Shown here: positions 49,671 through 59,017 of the stretch, piece after piece
Position numbering within the stretch: position 1 is the first letter of the stretch
Layout: each line of letters starts with the position of its first letter
Position numbers and translations under genes: made by a program
Notes under the pieces: model-generated
What the model was told of the DNA's origin: nothing
The model's input: the letters and a program-made list of their open reading frames with translations, nothing else
The model's database searches: none
From: Gemmatimonadales bacterium
GTDB lineage: Bacteria > Gemmatimonadota > Gemmatimonadetes > Gemmatimonadales > Gemmatimonadaceae
Direction of reading: 5' to 3'
Length of the DNA: 64,000 nt
Assembly (NCBI GenBank): GCA_038213465.1
Contig: JBBQTA010000007.1
Coordinates: forward strand, 75,488 to 139,487

Positions 49671-52600
49671 ATGGCCGATGTGAACCTCGCTGAACTTCGT
49701 AAATGGCAGCGCGATGTGGCCGCCCGCGCTGGCGTGCGCGATGCGCTGGATGCGAGCATCGTGGCCCGAGCCGCCGAGCTGACTACGATGGACGTGCAAA
49801 TCGCAGACCTGCGCGCGCGAGGCGCTTCTGCCACGGCTTTGGAGAAACGGCGGGCTCGCGTACGTGATGCGCGGGACGCCGACGTGGGGTCGCTTGGCTT
49901 GGCCAACGACGAGTTACGCGACATCCTGAATCGCATCGCCCTCGACGCCGGCGATGCCGATGCCGGCGTTCCACTGTTGTTGCTGCCGGTGCGGCTCGAA
50001 ACGCGTTACTCCGCAGACCTGGCGTCGCTCCGCGTACGCATCTACCCCGACGACGTGCACATCGACACGCTCGATCGCGGGGTAAGCGACGAGGAGCGCG
50101 CCAGTGGTATGGCGTACTGGAACACCCGGTGGCGGGCGTCCGACGAGGAAGCCGCCGAGGCCTGGCGCTTGCTGCTGGACCAGGTCGGACGACACCGCGC
50201 CTTGTGGGTCGCGCGAACGCTCTCGCCGGTCAATCTCGGGCAACGGGCCAATGACGCGTCGCCCGGGTTTCCCGACGTCGCCCCCCGCTCGAACCGTCCG
50301 GCCGTCGCCCGCCTGCTGCCCGATGCGTTTTCTGCCGTCATCACGCAGGGCGCACAGCGCATCACCGCGACCGGTCGCGCCATCCTCCCCGACGTCACCG
50401 TTGGTCTGTTCGCCACGGACCTCACGGAGTTGAGCAGCGTCCTCGGTGCGAAGGTGGTGGCGGGCGCCGAATGGCTGGCCGACTACGATGAGGCGGTACG
50501 AATCGGCATGGCCATCACTGTACCGCTGCCGGAGCCCGGTGCCCGGGTAGATCGGCTGATCGTGTACGGTGTGCGCCGCGGGCTGCAGCCCAGGAACGCG
50601 CCAGTCGAACTGGCTGCGCTGCTGGAAGCCCACCGCTGCGGCGCGGGCTTCGCGTTCCTGCCGCAGGGGACGCCCACCAACAACACGGAGGACGATCGCG
50701 CCGGCTGGCAGCGTCGCGTCGAACCGCGGGCACCGGCCAACCATGCCAGCGCCATCGATATGCGCTCCAACGCCGCGGTGCTGGCAACCGCCCTTGGCCT
50801 CGACCCACTGGTCTTGGGCGAACTCGATCACGGCGAGGCGCGAGAGCAGGCGCGCGCGCAGGCCATGAACGTGGCCCTCTGGGGACCGTCGTGGGGAAGC
50901 TTCCTGGACAAGGTCAATCGCGTCACGAAGGATGGCGCGACGCTGACCGACTCTGCACGTGAAGACACGCGCGTGTTTCATCGCGATGTCGTGCGCGGAC
51001 GCGGACCGCTGCCCGCCGTGCGCGTCGGGAACCAACCGTACGGCGTCCTCCCCGTCAGCACTGTGTCGCGTTGGCGCCCGGACCGCTTCGAGGCCGGACT
51101 GCTGCCTGTGCTCACACGTCTGCGTGAGAAGTGGCGGCAATCGCTTGAGAATGTGCCGAGGTTGGGAACGGGTCCGATCGATGACACGCTGCTCGAACTG
51201 CTGGGGTCCACGCCGGTTTCCGGCGAGCTACGGGTGCGCACGGTGTTGGCATCGGAGTTCGCCCTCCTCGGCCGCGAAGTGTCCGGCAGCGATCAGTCCG
51301 AGGTGGACCTCGAGCGTATCATCGAAGAGATGATCTGGGAGGATGTGATCGCCAACGCGAGCCTCGTGCATCCCAGCGGATCGATGGGTGAACAGCGTCC
51401 GCTGTCACTGCCGCTGGCGCTGGACAGTGATGGAGCGTTCATCGACGCGCTGCTCGCGGGACGGCCGCCCGCCGCCGCCAGCGTCTTGCAGGTGTTGCTC
51501 GAACTGGCATGGGATCGGGCGCTCACGGATTGGCGGAACGATTCCGCAAATGGTCGGCTTCCGGAAGTCGTGCGCAACGCCACGACGCTCACGGCGGTCG
51601 ATCGGGAGCGCACGCTGGCCGTCGCCACGCAGGCCGCAACGACGCCGTCGGCCACGTTCTTTGCGGAAGCGAACCGCGTCAGTGCGACCTTCGCTAAAGC
51701 CGCTCCCACCAAGGCCGAGTTTCAGCCGATTCAGTCGCAGGCGCGCTCCTTCGCCGAGCTGGCGCTCGAGTCCACCACGGTGTCGGCGCGGGCCGAACTC
51801 GGACTGTACGGCACGTATGCCTGGCTGCACTCGCAAGGGCGGCTGAACGAGATCCGTGAAGCCCTGACTGAGCTTCGCGGCACCACCCTCATCGAGCGGC
51901 GCATCTTGGTGGCCGAGACGCTCGACATTGCGTCGCACCGACTCGACGCGTGGATCACGGGACTGGTCGAACGTCGGCGTCGCGCGCAGCGCGTCACCAA
52001 ACCCGAGGGTCTGTCGATCGGCGCGTATGGCTGGGTCGAGGATATCGAGCCCACAGATGGTCGCGCCGCCGATGGCGGCTTCGTGCACGCCCCGAGTCTC
52101 ACGCAGGCGGCGACTGTGGGCGTGCTGCGGAGCGCCTATCTCTCGCACAATGCCGACGCGGCCGGCGACGGCGCCTTTGCCATTGATCTGTCGAGTGCGC
52201 GCGTGAGGTCGGCCTTGCATCTTCTCGAAGGCGTTCGCCAGGGGCAATCGTTGGGCGGACTGCTGGGATACCGCTGCGAACGTGCCATACACGAGGCGGA
52301 ACTCGACCGCTTCATTCTTTCGCTGCGCACGATCGCGCCGCTCACACAGGGCAAGCTGACCGATCGCAGCGAGACCGTGGCATCCGGTGCGCAGGAAGCG
52401 CTGGCGGCCGGCAATGTGCTCGACGGAATCGAGTTGGTGGAGAAGTATCAGGGCAAGGTGGCGGGCTGGAACGCAGACGAGATTCGCCGGCGGTTGAATG
52501 TGCGGCCAACCAACAACCCCCATCTCGTGGGCGCATGGGACGCGCTCACCGACGACGAGTGGAGTCGCATGGATGCCGCGATACGTGACATGGCTGCGGC

Positions 52601-54215
52601 GCTCGATGCGACCTCAGACCTGCTGCTGGCCGAATCGGTGCACCAGTTGGTCGCCGGCAGCACCGCGCGAGCTGCGGCGGCGCTCGATGCGGCCAGCGGT
52701 GGCGACTCCGCACCGCCCGAGCCGGAGTTCGTGCTCACTCCTACCGATGGCATGCCGTTCACGTACCGCATCCTTGCGGTCGCGGGTGACGCCGCCGTCT
52801 GGACCATGACGCGACCGCGCAGTGCCGCCGAGCCCAGTCTCGAGGCATGGGTCGCGGCGCGACTCGGCGATCCTGCAACGATCGTCATCGCCTCGTTGGG
52901 AGATGGCAGCATGCTCAGCGTCGCGGACACGGGGCTGTCCGCGCTCGACCTCGTGTACGACGCCACCGACCGCGCGGCATTCGATCAGCGCCTGCGCGCC
53001 GCGCTCCCAACCATCGCGGGGGCCGACCTTCATGACATTCGCGATCCGGCGTGGGCGACTGAGTTGCGCGCAATCGGCGATGTCTTCGAGAGTGCGGCGT
53101 CGCTCCGCGCGGTGCTCGTCCGCGCGCGTCCGGCCACGCCAAGCGATCTGACGCTGCCCAACGCGCCAGCGACGCGCACGGTCAGCAACGATGCGCTCCA
53201 GTCGGCGCTCGCGCGTGCCGCGGCGGCGCGCGATCTGCTCGTGCTGCGCAGTCGGGTACTCGACGCGATGCTGGCCGACCAGGTGCACGAGACCGCACTG
53301 CTGCTGCCCGTGCTGGAGGACCTCGCAGCGTTCGGGCTGGTGCCACCACTCGTGGCGCAGGACCAGCTACCCATCGTCGCCCAATCCATTCTCGCCAGCG
53401 CGATCCGTCGCGTGAAGACCGCCGACGCCGCGCTGGCGCGTCCGGCGTCGCCCGAGAGCGTGCTTGAGGCCGGGCAGGCGATCTTTGGCGACGGATTCTG
53501 GATCGTGCCCGCCATCGGCGCGCCCGATACGGCGGACGGCTGGAGCGCGGCGCTCGATGCGACACCGGTTGGCGCCACGGCGACGGCGGTCCAGATGCTG
53601 CTCACCGACTATGCGTCGGTGCGGGACGGCACGCGTCGCTATCTGGAAGCATCCATGCTCACCGACGCGCCTCCGCCGATCGCGGTGCAGTTGGCCGGTT
53701 TCGGAAAAAATCCGCCGACCGGGTGGGTCGGAGGTGCGATGCCACTGGACGCGCCCACGCCCGATACGCCCGTGGTCAGCACGCTGCTGGATATCGCGGG
53801 GCAGTACGACGGTCAGAGCGAGACCGTGGCGCTCGTCCTCGATGAGTGGATGGAAGTGGTGCCCATCAGAGCGCGGCGCGGCGCGGCCGACGATGCGCCG
53901 ATTGTCGAACGACGCACGACCGGGATCACCTTCAACGCGATGGCGCCTTCCGCGCGGGCACCGCAAGTCATACTGCTGGCCATTGCGCCGGACGCGCAGC
54001 GATGGACCGGGAGCAGCATCGTGGACGTGCTCGACGACACGCTCGAACTCGCGCGCCTCCGCGCCGTCACACTCGAACGCACGAACGGCGTCGCGCGCAT
54101 CCTGCCCGCGCTATACGAGCAGAGCTGGTCGCTGCAAGGCGAGAAAGTCATGCACCTCAGCGATCGTGTGAATCTCGTCACCGCGTTTGCCGCCTACACC
54201 AAGGAACAGCCGTGA
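49671..54215 (+). CDS. Very large uncharacterised protein (operon gene 3, 1514 aa)
   Basis: ATG 4 nt after the gene 2 stop. Blocks PLLLLPVRLETRY, RVRIYPDDVHID, GRGPLPAVRVGNQPYGVLP, ETLDIASHRLDAWITG, DLSSARVR.A..LLEGVRQGQSLGGLLGY..ER, LVLDEWMEVVP, APSARAPQVILLA. Confidence 0.85.
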   Translation: MADVNLAELRKWQRDVAARAGVRDALDASIVARAAELTTMDVQIADLRARGASATALEKRRARVRDARDADVGSLGLANDELRDILNRIALDAGDADAGVPLLLLPVRLETRYSADLASLRVRIYPDDVHIDTLDRGVSDEERASGMAYWNTRWRASDEEAAEAWRLLLDQVGRHRALWVARTLSPVNLGQRANDASPGFPDVAPRSNRPAVARLLPDAFSAVITQGAQRITATGRAILPDVTVGLFATDLTELSSVLGAKVVAGAEWLADYDEAVRIGMAITVPLPEPGARVDRLIVYGVRRGLQPRNAPVELAALLEAHRCGAGFAFLPQGTPTNNTEDDRAGWQRRVEPRAPANHASAIDMRSNAAVLATALGLDPLVLGELDHGEAREQARAQAMNVALWGPSWGSFLDKVNRVTKDGATLTDSAREDTRVFHRDVVRGRGPLPAVRVGNQPYGVLPVSTVSRWRPDRFEAGLLPVLTRLREKWRQSLENVPRLGTGPIDDTLLELLGSTPVSGELRVRTVLASEFALLGREVSGSDQSEVDLERIIEEMIWEDVIANASLVHPSGSMGEQRPLSLPLALDSDGAFIDALLAGRPPAAASVLQVLLELAWDRALTDWRNDSANGRLPEVVRNATTLTAVDRERTLAVATQAATTPSATFFAEANRVSATFAKAAPTKAEFQPIQSQARSFAELALESTTVSARAELGLYGTYAWLHSQGRLNEIREALTELRGTTLIERRILVAETLDIASHRLDAWITGLVERRRRAQRVTKPEGLSIGAYGWVEDIEPTDGRAADGGFVHAPSLTQAATVGVLRSAYLSHNADAAGDGAFAIDLSSARVRSALHLLEGVRQGQSLGGLLGYRCERAIHEAELDRFILSLRTIAPLTQGKLTDRSETVASGAQEALAAGNVLDGIELVEKYQGKVAGWNADEIRRRLNVRPTNNPHLVGAWDALTDDEWSRMDAAIRDMAAALDATSDLLLAESVHQLVAGSTARAAAALDAASGGDSAPPEPEFVLTPTDGMPFTYRILAVAGDAAVWTMTRPRSAAEPSLEAWVAARLGDPATIVIASLGDGSMLSVADTGLSALDLVYDATDRAAFDQRLRAALPTIAGADLHDIRDPAWATELRAIGDVFESAASLRAVLVRARPATPSDLTLPNAPATRTVSNDALQSALARAAAARDLLVLRSRVLDAMLADQVHETALLLPVLEDLAAFGLVPPLVAQDQLPIVAQSILASAIRRVKTADAALARPASPESVLEAGQAIFGDGFWIVPAIGAPDTADGWSAALDATPVGATATAVQMLLTDYASVRDGTRRYLEASMLTDAPPPIAVQLAGFGKNPPTGWVGGAMPLDAPTPDTPVVSTLLDIAGQYDGQSETVALVLDEWMEVVPIRARRGAADDAPIVERRTTGITFNAMAPSARAPQVILLAIAPDAQRWTGSSIVDVLDDTLELARLRAVTLERTNGVARILPALYEQSWSLQGEKVMHLSDRVNLVTAFAAYTKEQP

Positions 54216-55903
54216 GTCTCGACCTCTTGGTGTCCGTCAAAGCCATCCCGGAGAATCTCCGGGCGCTCGCGCTCGGTCCTGCCGCGTGGACACGTCTTGA
54301 ACCGCAGTCGGTCAGCGGCGATCCGAGTTCGGGTCTCGAAGCCCGCGTGCACGATCCGCTCTGGCTGCTTGCCCGTCAGTGGCAGTTTGGTGAGTTCCGC
54401 GGCGAAGACGCCGGTACGCCATTCGCCGTACACGCGAGCACCGTGAGCGAGCGCGTCACGGCATGGCAACCCGGCAACCTGCAGAGTGATGCGGCGGCGT
54501 TGCCGATGCCGATGCACGAGCCGCTCGAGGTCAGTGTCGAGCGCGAGCCGCCTGCGGCCGGTGGCCCCGGCTTGCGGCAACGCGCCGAAGCGGGGTCGTT
54601 GCTGCGCACGGCACTGGCCGATGCTGGCCTGGACGCAAGCGCCTCGCTGTTGGCGGCCTGCCCCCTGGACGTCAGCGCACCAGGTATCCCGCGTCTGTTT
54701 CACGCGCTCGCCCTGAAGCACCCCGATGGGCACGCGGCCGCTGCCGCCCTCGACGCCGGCGATCCGGCGTGGCTGGACGGGGCGGGACCTGCCGCGCTCG
54801 CCGCCGCCGCCGCGTGGCTGGCGTGGTATCGCCAGAACGTGTCGGCATCGACGGCCTCAGATCCGAATTCGTGGATAGACGAACGGATCGAGTATCGCTT
54901 CTCCGTGCGCGTGGGTGAACCTGACACACAGCGGGTGTTCAGCGCCCCGCTGCACGAAGGGGGCGCGATCGACTGGTATTCGTTTGATCACGCGCCGAAC
55001 GGGCGGCTGGGGCTCTCCGAGGAACCGGAGGTTCAGCCGGCCACCACCGCGACGCGCACGGTGCTCGCGTCGCCCTTGAGCTTCAGCGGCATGCCGTCGG
55101 ACCGCCTCTGGCAGTTCGAAGACGGTGCCGTGAACTTCGGCAAGCTCAACGTATTCCCGCACGATCTCGCACGTCTCTGCTTCGTGGAGTTCGCGATGAT
55201 CTATGGCAGCGACTGGTTCGTGCTGCCAGTTGACCTCGACGCCGGAACCTTCACCACCGTGCGCGAACTGGCTTACACGACCACTTTTGGTGAGCGGTTC
55301 GTGGTCCCCCCGGCCGATGATGTCGGACGCTCCGGTCGCTTCTGCCTCTTCGAACTCGACCAGCTCGGCCGCAGCGGCACGCTCAACGGATTGTTCATCC
55401 CGCCGTCCAGCCGCGCCGCGGCGGAGGGGAATGCGCTGGAAGACGTGCTGTTTGTGAGAGACGAAAGCGCGAACATGGCGTGGGCGCTCGAGTCCACCGT
55501 GCAGGATGCGGGCGGCGACCCTCGCCGACGGCGTGACGAGCCTCAGGCGCCGATCGCTCCCGTGAATCCCGAGCCGCCCGGTGAATTGCACTACCGATTG
55601 GCCACCGGCGTCCCCCGGTTCTGGATCCCGTTGGTCCCGATGCCCAGCGCTGGTCGTCGCGGTGGCTTCGTGCTGCGGAAGGGGACCATGACGGATGTCG
55701 ATGAATCCGTCGGCCAGGTTCTCGATGCAACGCCATTCACACTGCACGAGGAGGAGGTGCCACGCGAAGGCGTGCGCGTCTCCCGAGTGCCCGCGCTGCT
55801 GCGCACCACCGATGGGCGCCGCATACGATGGATCGCGCGCCGAGTTGCCATCGGGACTGGCGAGGGCTCGAGCGGGCTGGCGTTCGACGGGGCAACGCGC
55901 TGA
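54212..55903 (+). CDS. Uncharacterised protein (operon gene 4, 563 aa)
   Basis: GTG overlaps the gene 3 stop (GTGA). Blocks WTRLEPQ, ARVHDPLWLLARQWQFGEFRGEDAGTP, GMPSDRLWQFED, EFAMIYGSDWFVLP, EDVLFVRDESANMAWALE, EEEVPREG, GEGSSGLAFD. Confidence 0.85.
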   Translation: MSLDLLVSVKAIPENLRALALGPAAWTRLEPQSVSGDPSSGLEARVHDPLWLLARQWQFGEFRGEDAGTPFAVHASTVSERVTAWQPGNLQSDAAALPMPMHEPLEVSVEREPPAAGGPGLRQRAEAGSLLRTALADAGLDASASLLAACPLDVSAPGIPRLFHALALKHPDGHAAAAALDAGDPAWLDGAGPAALAAAAAWLAWYRQNVSASTASDPNSWIDERIEYRFSVRVGEPDTQRVFSAPLHEGGAIDWYSFDHAPNGRLGLSEEPEVQPATTATRTVLASPLSFSGMPSDRLWQFEDGAVNFGKLNVFPHDLARLCFVEFAMIYGSDWFVLPVDLDAGTFTTVRELAYTTTFGERFVVPPADDVGRSGRFCLFELDQLGRSGTLNGLFIPPSSRAAAEGNALEDVLFVRDESANMAWALESTVQDAGGDPRRRRDEPQAPIAPVNPEPPGELHYRLATGVPRFWIPLVPMPSAGRRGGFVLRKGTMTDVDESVGQVLDATPFTLHEEEVPREGVRVSRVPALLRTTDGRRIRWIARRVAIGTGEGSSGLAFDGATR

Positions 55904-56079
55904 ACGTCACGATCGCGCGCGGCACGCGACTGCGATCGCGCAGTTCCTCCTCGATCGTTTCGTGTTCGGGACGGATGTGGCGGTTGACCGCAGGACCAAT
56001 CGGATGTCCTACATCGTTAAGTTGGGCGTGAGTCGGCGCGCGCGCGCTGACCGCGTCGCAACTCTCACGATGGACACCC

Positions 56080-58485
56080 ATGGTCGCTCGTTTCATGCAG
56101 GCCGCAGGCGCGGCGGCCTCGCCGTCCCTGCCGCAACCCGCGTCGCGTGTGGCTCCGCGAAGAATGCTCCGCGCGTTGATGGCCTGCGTCGCCACGTTGC
56201 TTTGGGCAACGGAGGTGCACGCACAAGATCGCGTTCCAGCCGGCGGTTCCACCGGCACGATCAGTGGTCGCCTGATTGAAGCGCTCAAGGAAACGCCGGT
56301 CGTCGGCGCCGTGGTGCGCGTGTTGGGGCAAGAAGTGGCCACACAGTCCGATTCGAGCGGACGATTCACACTGCGCGGCGTGCGCATCGGCATCGTGACG
56401 ATCGAAGTGCGGCGACTGGGGTTTGCGCCCGTCACCAAAGGCAACATTGCGGTATCACCAGCGAAGCCTGCGGAAGTGGCTGTGGTGCTGCGCCCCATCG
56501 ACGTGCAACTCGATGCGGTCACGGTGCGTCCGGAGGCGTTTCCGGCGCAGGTGGCCGCATCCACGCCGGTCTCCACGCAAACGTACGACGCCGAAGAAGT
56601 CCGGCGTCAGCCCGGCGCCCAGGAAGACGTGTTGCGCGCGGTCTCGATCGCCCCCGGCGTTGGCGTGACCACTGGCGGCCGCAATGACCTGGTCGTGCGT
56701 GGCGGCGCGCCCTTCGAGAACCTGTTCGTCGTGGACAATATCGAAGTACCGAACATCAATCACTTCGGTTCGCAAGGATCCACAGGTGGCCCGGTGTCGC
56801 TCATCAACATCCGCTTCATCGAGTCGGCGTCGCTCTCGGCCGGTGGCTTTGGTGCTCGCTTGGGCGACCGCACGTCATCAGCCACCACGCTCACCTTGCG
56901 CGAAGGCAATCGCGAGCGGATTGCCGGCGAACTCAATGTCGCGGCCACGCAATACGGCGCGCTCATCGAAGGCCCCCTCGGCAAGCATGCGTCGTTCTTT
57001 GCGAACGTGCGCAAGAGCTATCTCGATCTGCTGTTCAAGGCGTTCGGATTCAGCTTCATCCCGTCGTACGAGGATGCGACGGTGAAGGTGGCGTGGCGTC
57101 CGACCTCGCGCGACGCGTTCAGTTTTCTTACCATCGCTGCGCGCGGTTCCATCTCCTTCGACAACTCGACCGACACCGGGCGTGTCACCAACTCGCAGGT
57201 TCTCTCGCCCACACAGGACCAGTACTTCAGCGGGATCACGTGGAAGCGGCTGCTGAGCCGAGGCGTCGCGACGACCACACTGGGTCGGACATGGACGCGT
57301 TACGTGACGGCGCAGCGGGATTCGCTGCTGGTACCGATTCTCGAGAGCCGCTCGGCGGAAGGCGAGAACACGCTCCGCACCGATGTGGCATGGCTCGCGG
57401 GGCGCGGTGTGGAGATCGAAACGGGAACAATCTTCAAGTACGCGAGCGACCTGCGCTATGACGCCACGCTGGCTGGCCTCACGCGCCGCGATGCGAATGG
57501 CATTGACCGGCCACTGCGCGTCGACACCGGTTTCACTGCGCTACGGAACGGCACCTACGTGCAGGCCACGTGGCAGGCGCAGCCACGACTGCGCTTGTCG
57601 ATCGGCGCGCGCAACGATTGGTATGGATTTCTTGACAACGCCGTGCGATTTTCGCCGCGTGCGAGTGCGTCGCTGCAGGTTGATCCGGTCACCACGCTCA
57701 CGCTGGCCGGCGGACGCTACTATCAAGCACCGAGTTACATCTGGCTGGTCGGTGACCCGCAGAACGCTGAGCGCCTGACGCCGTTTCGCGCGGATCAGGC
57801 CGTGGCCGGCGTGACGCGGCTTGTAGGCAGTGACATCAAGGTGCAACTCGAAGTGTATGGGAAGCGCTATGGCGACTATCCCGCGCGCCGGTTCCGTCCG
57901 CAGGCTGTGCTGAGCCCGAGCGGCTTTGACGATGCGACAACCGATATTCCGTTTGGACTCGAGCCGCTGGAATCGACGGCGACCGGCAACGCGTTCGGCG
58001 TTGAGCTCTTTGCGCAGAAGAAGTTCGGCGCGTCGCCGTTTTATGGACAGCTCAGCACGAGTCTCAATCGGACGCGCTTTGCTGGCATCAACGGCACGGC
58101 CACCCGCGGCGCGTTCGATTCTCCCGTGACGGCGAATGGCGTGTTGGGATGGCGTCCCAACGCGAAGTGGGAAGTCGCGACGCGCCTGCGCGGCGCCACC
58201 GGACTGCCGTTCACCCCGTTCGTCACCGTGGGATCACTTGCTGGTACGTTGGACTTCACGCAGTACAACGCCCAGCGTGTGGGAACCTTTTTTGCGGCCG
58301 ACCTGCGGGTGGATCGCCGCTTTATCATGCGTCGCACGCAGTTGATCGCCTTCATCGATCTGCAGAACTTCACCAATCGGCAGAACCAGCAGGCACCGCA
58401 GTGGGATCCGAGAACCCGCTTGCCCAACAACGACAACGCGGGTGTGGGGCTTCTGCCGTCCATCGGACTGAACCTGGAGTTCTGA
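56080..58485 (+). CDS. TonB-dependent receptor
   Basis: Signal peptide; carboxypeptidase-regulatory-like N-domain (GTISGRLIE...SDSSGRFTL); plug (DVLRAVSIAPGV...VVRGG..ENLFVVDNIEV); beta-barrel ending LPSIGLNLEF. Confidence 0.92.
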   Translation: MVARFMQAAGAAASPSLPQPASRVAPRRMLRALMACVATLLWATEVHAQDRVPAGGSTGTISGRLIEALKETPVVGAVVRVLGQEVATQSDSSGRFTLRGVRIGIVTIEVRRLGFAPVTKGNIAVSPAKPAEVAVVLRPIDVQLDAVTVRPEAFPAQVAASTPVSTQTYDAEEVRRQPGAQEDVLRAVSIAPGVGVTTGGRNDLVVRGGAPFENLFVVDNIEVPNINHFGSQGSTGGPVSLINIRFIESASLSAGGFGARLGDRTSSATTLTLREGNRERIAGELNVAATQYGALIEGPLGKHASFFANVRKSYLDLLFKAFGFSFIPSYEDATVKVAWRPTSRDAFSFLTIAARGSISFDNSTDTGRVTNSQVLSPTQDQYFSGITWKRLLSRGVATTTLGRTWTRYVTAQRDSLLVPILESRSAEGENTLRTDVAWLAGRGVEIETGTIFKYASDLRYDATLAGLTRRDANGIDRPLRVDTGFTALRNGTYVQATWQAQPRLRLSIGARNDWYGFLDNAVRFSPRASASLQVDPVTTLTLAGGRYYQAPSYIWLVGDPQNAERLTPFRADQAVAGVTRLVGSDIKVQLEVYGKRYGDYPARRFRPQAVLSPSGFDDATTDIPFGLEPLESTATGNAFGVELFAQKKFGASPFYGQLSTSLNRTRFAGINGTATRGAFDSPVTANGVLGWRPNAKWEVATRLRGATGLPFTPFVTVGSLAGTLDFTQYNAQRVGTFFAADLRVDRRFIMRRTQLIAFIDLQNFTNRQNQQAPQWDPRTRLPNNDNAGVGLLPSIGLNLEF

Positions 58486-58576
58486 GCTTACCACACCCTT
58501 CACCACATCCCGATCGAATGTTCTGTCCCGAGTCCGCACGTTTTGCGTTGCCAGTCATGGCCAGTCCGGATGCGCA

Positions 58577-59014
58577 GTGACAGGCATCATCCCATTCCTC
58601 ATGCTCCTGTCGGTGCTGCTGGGAATCGCCTGGGGCTTTCGGACGCTGCTGCTGGTGCTGCTGGCGCAATCGGCCGAGCGTGGCACCGTGATCCCCGTGT
58701 CGATGACGCTGGCGCGCGTGCTTGTCCCCGTCAACGAAACGTTCGTCCTCAGTCTTCCGGCCCGGCGCGATGGCGAGCCGTTGACACAATTGGGATCGCT
58801 CGTCTTGACGTCGGGGCGTGTGCGTCTGGTTCGCCGTGGCACCGTGGTCAGCGATCTGCTCTTGGCCCAAATCGCACACCTGACCGTGCAGAGCGGGACA
58901 CTGCGCGTGACGATGCGCGGTGATTCGGGGCCGCTCGTGATCCGGGTCGCGCAGCCGGCCACGATCGCCCGCTACATCCGGACATTGGCCTCGGCGAAGA
59001 CGACTGCCAGATAG
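58577..59014 (+). CDS. Small membrane-anchored hypothetical protein
   Basis: N-terminal TM helix, then a beta-rich domain (GSLVLTSGRVRL, PH-like pattern). Fills the gap between the TBDR and the convergent MBL gene. Confidence 0.6.
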   Translation: MTGIIPFLMLLSVLLGIAWGFRTLLLVLLAQSAERGTVIPVSMTLARVLVPVNETFVLSLPARRDGEPLTQLGSLVLTSGRVRLVRRGTVVSDLLLAQIAHLTVQSGTLRVTMRGDSGPLVIRVAQPATIARYIRTLASAKTTAR

Positions 59015-59017
59015 CCG

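Noticed and set aside
43376-55903. Prophage, T6SS, eCIS or known defence-system label for the giant operon
   Set aside because: No recognisable sheath, tube, baseplate, VgrG/PAAR, terminase, ATPase, nuclease or RHS/YD-repeat motifs. Kept only as hypotheses.
55904-55945. Terminator after the giant operon
   Set aside because: CGATCGC...GCGATCG arms exist, but the loop is long and irregular and there is no U-tract.
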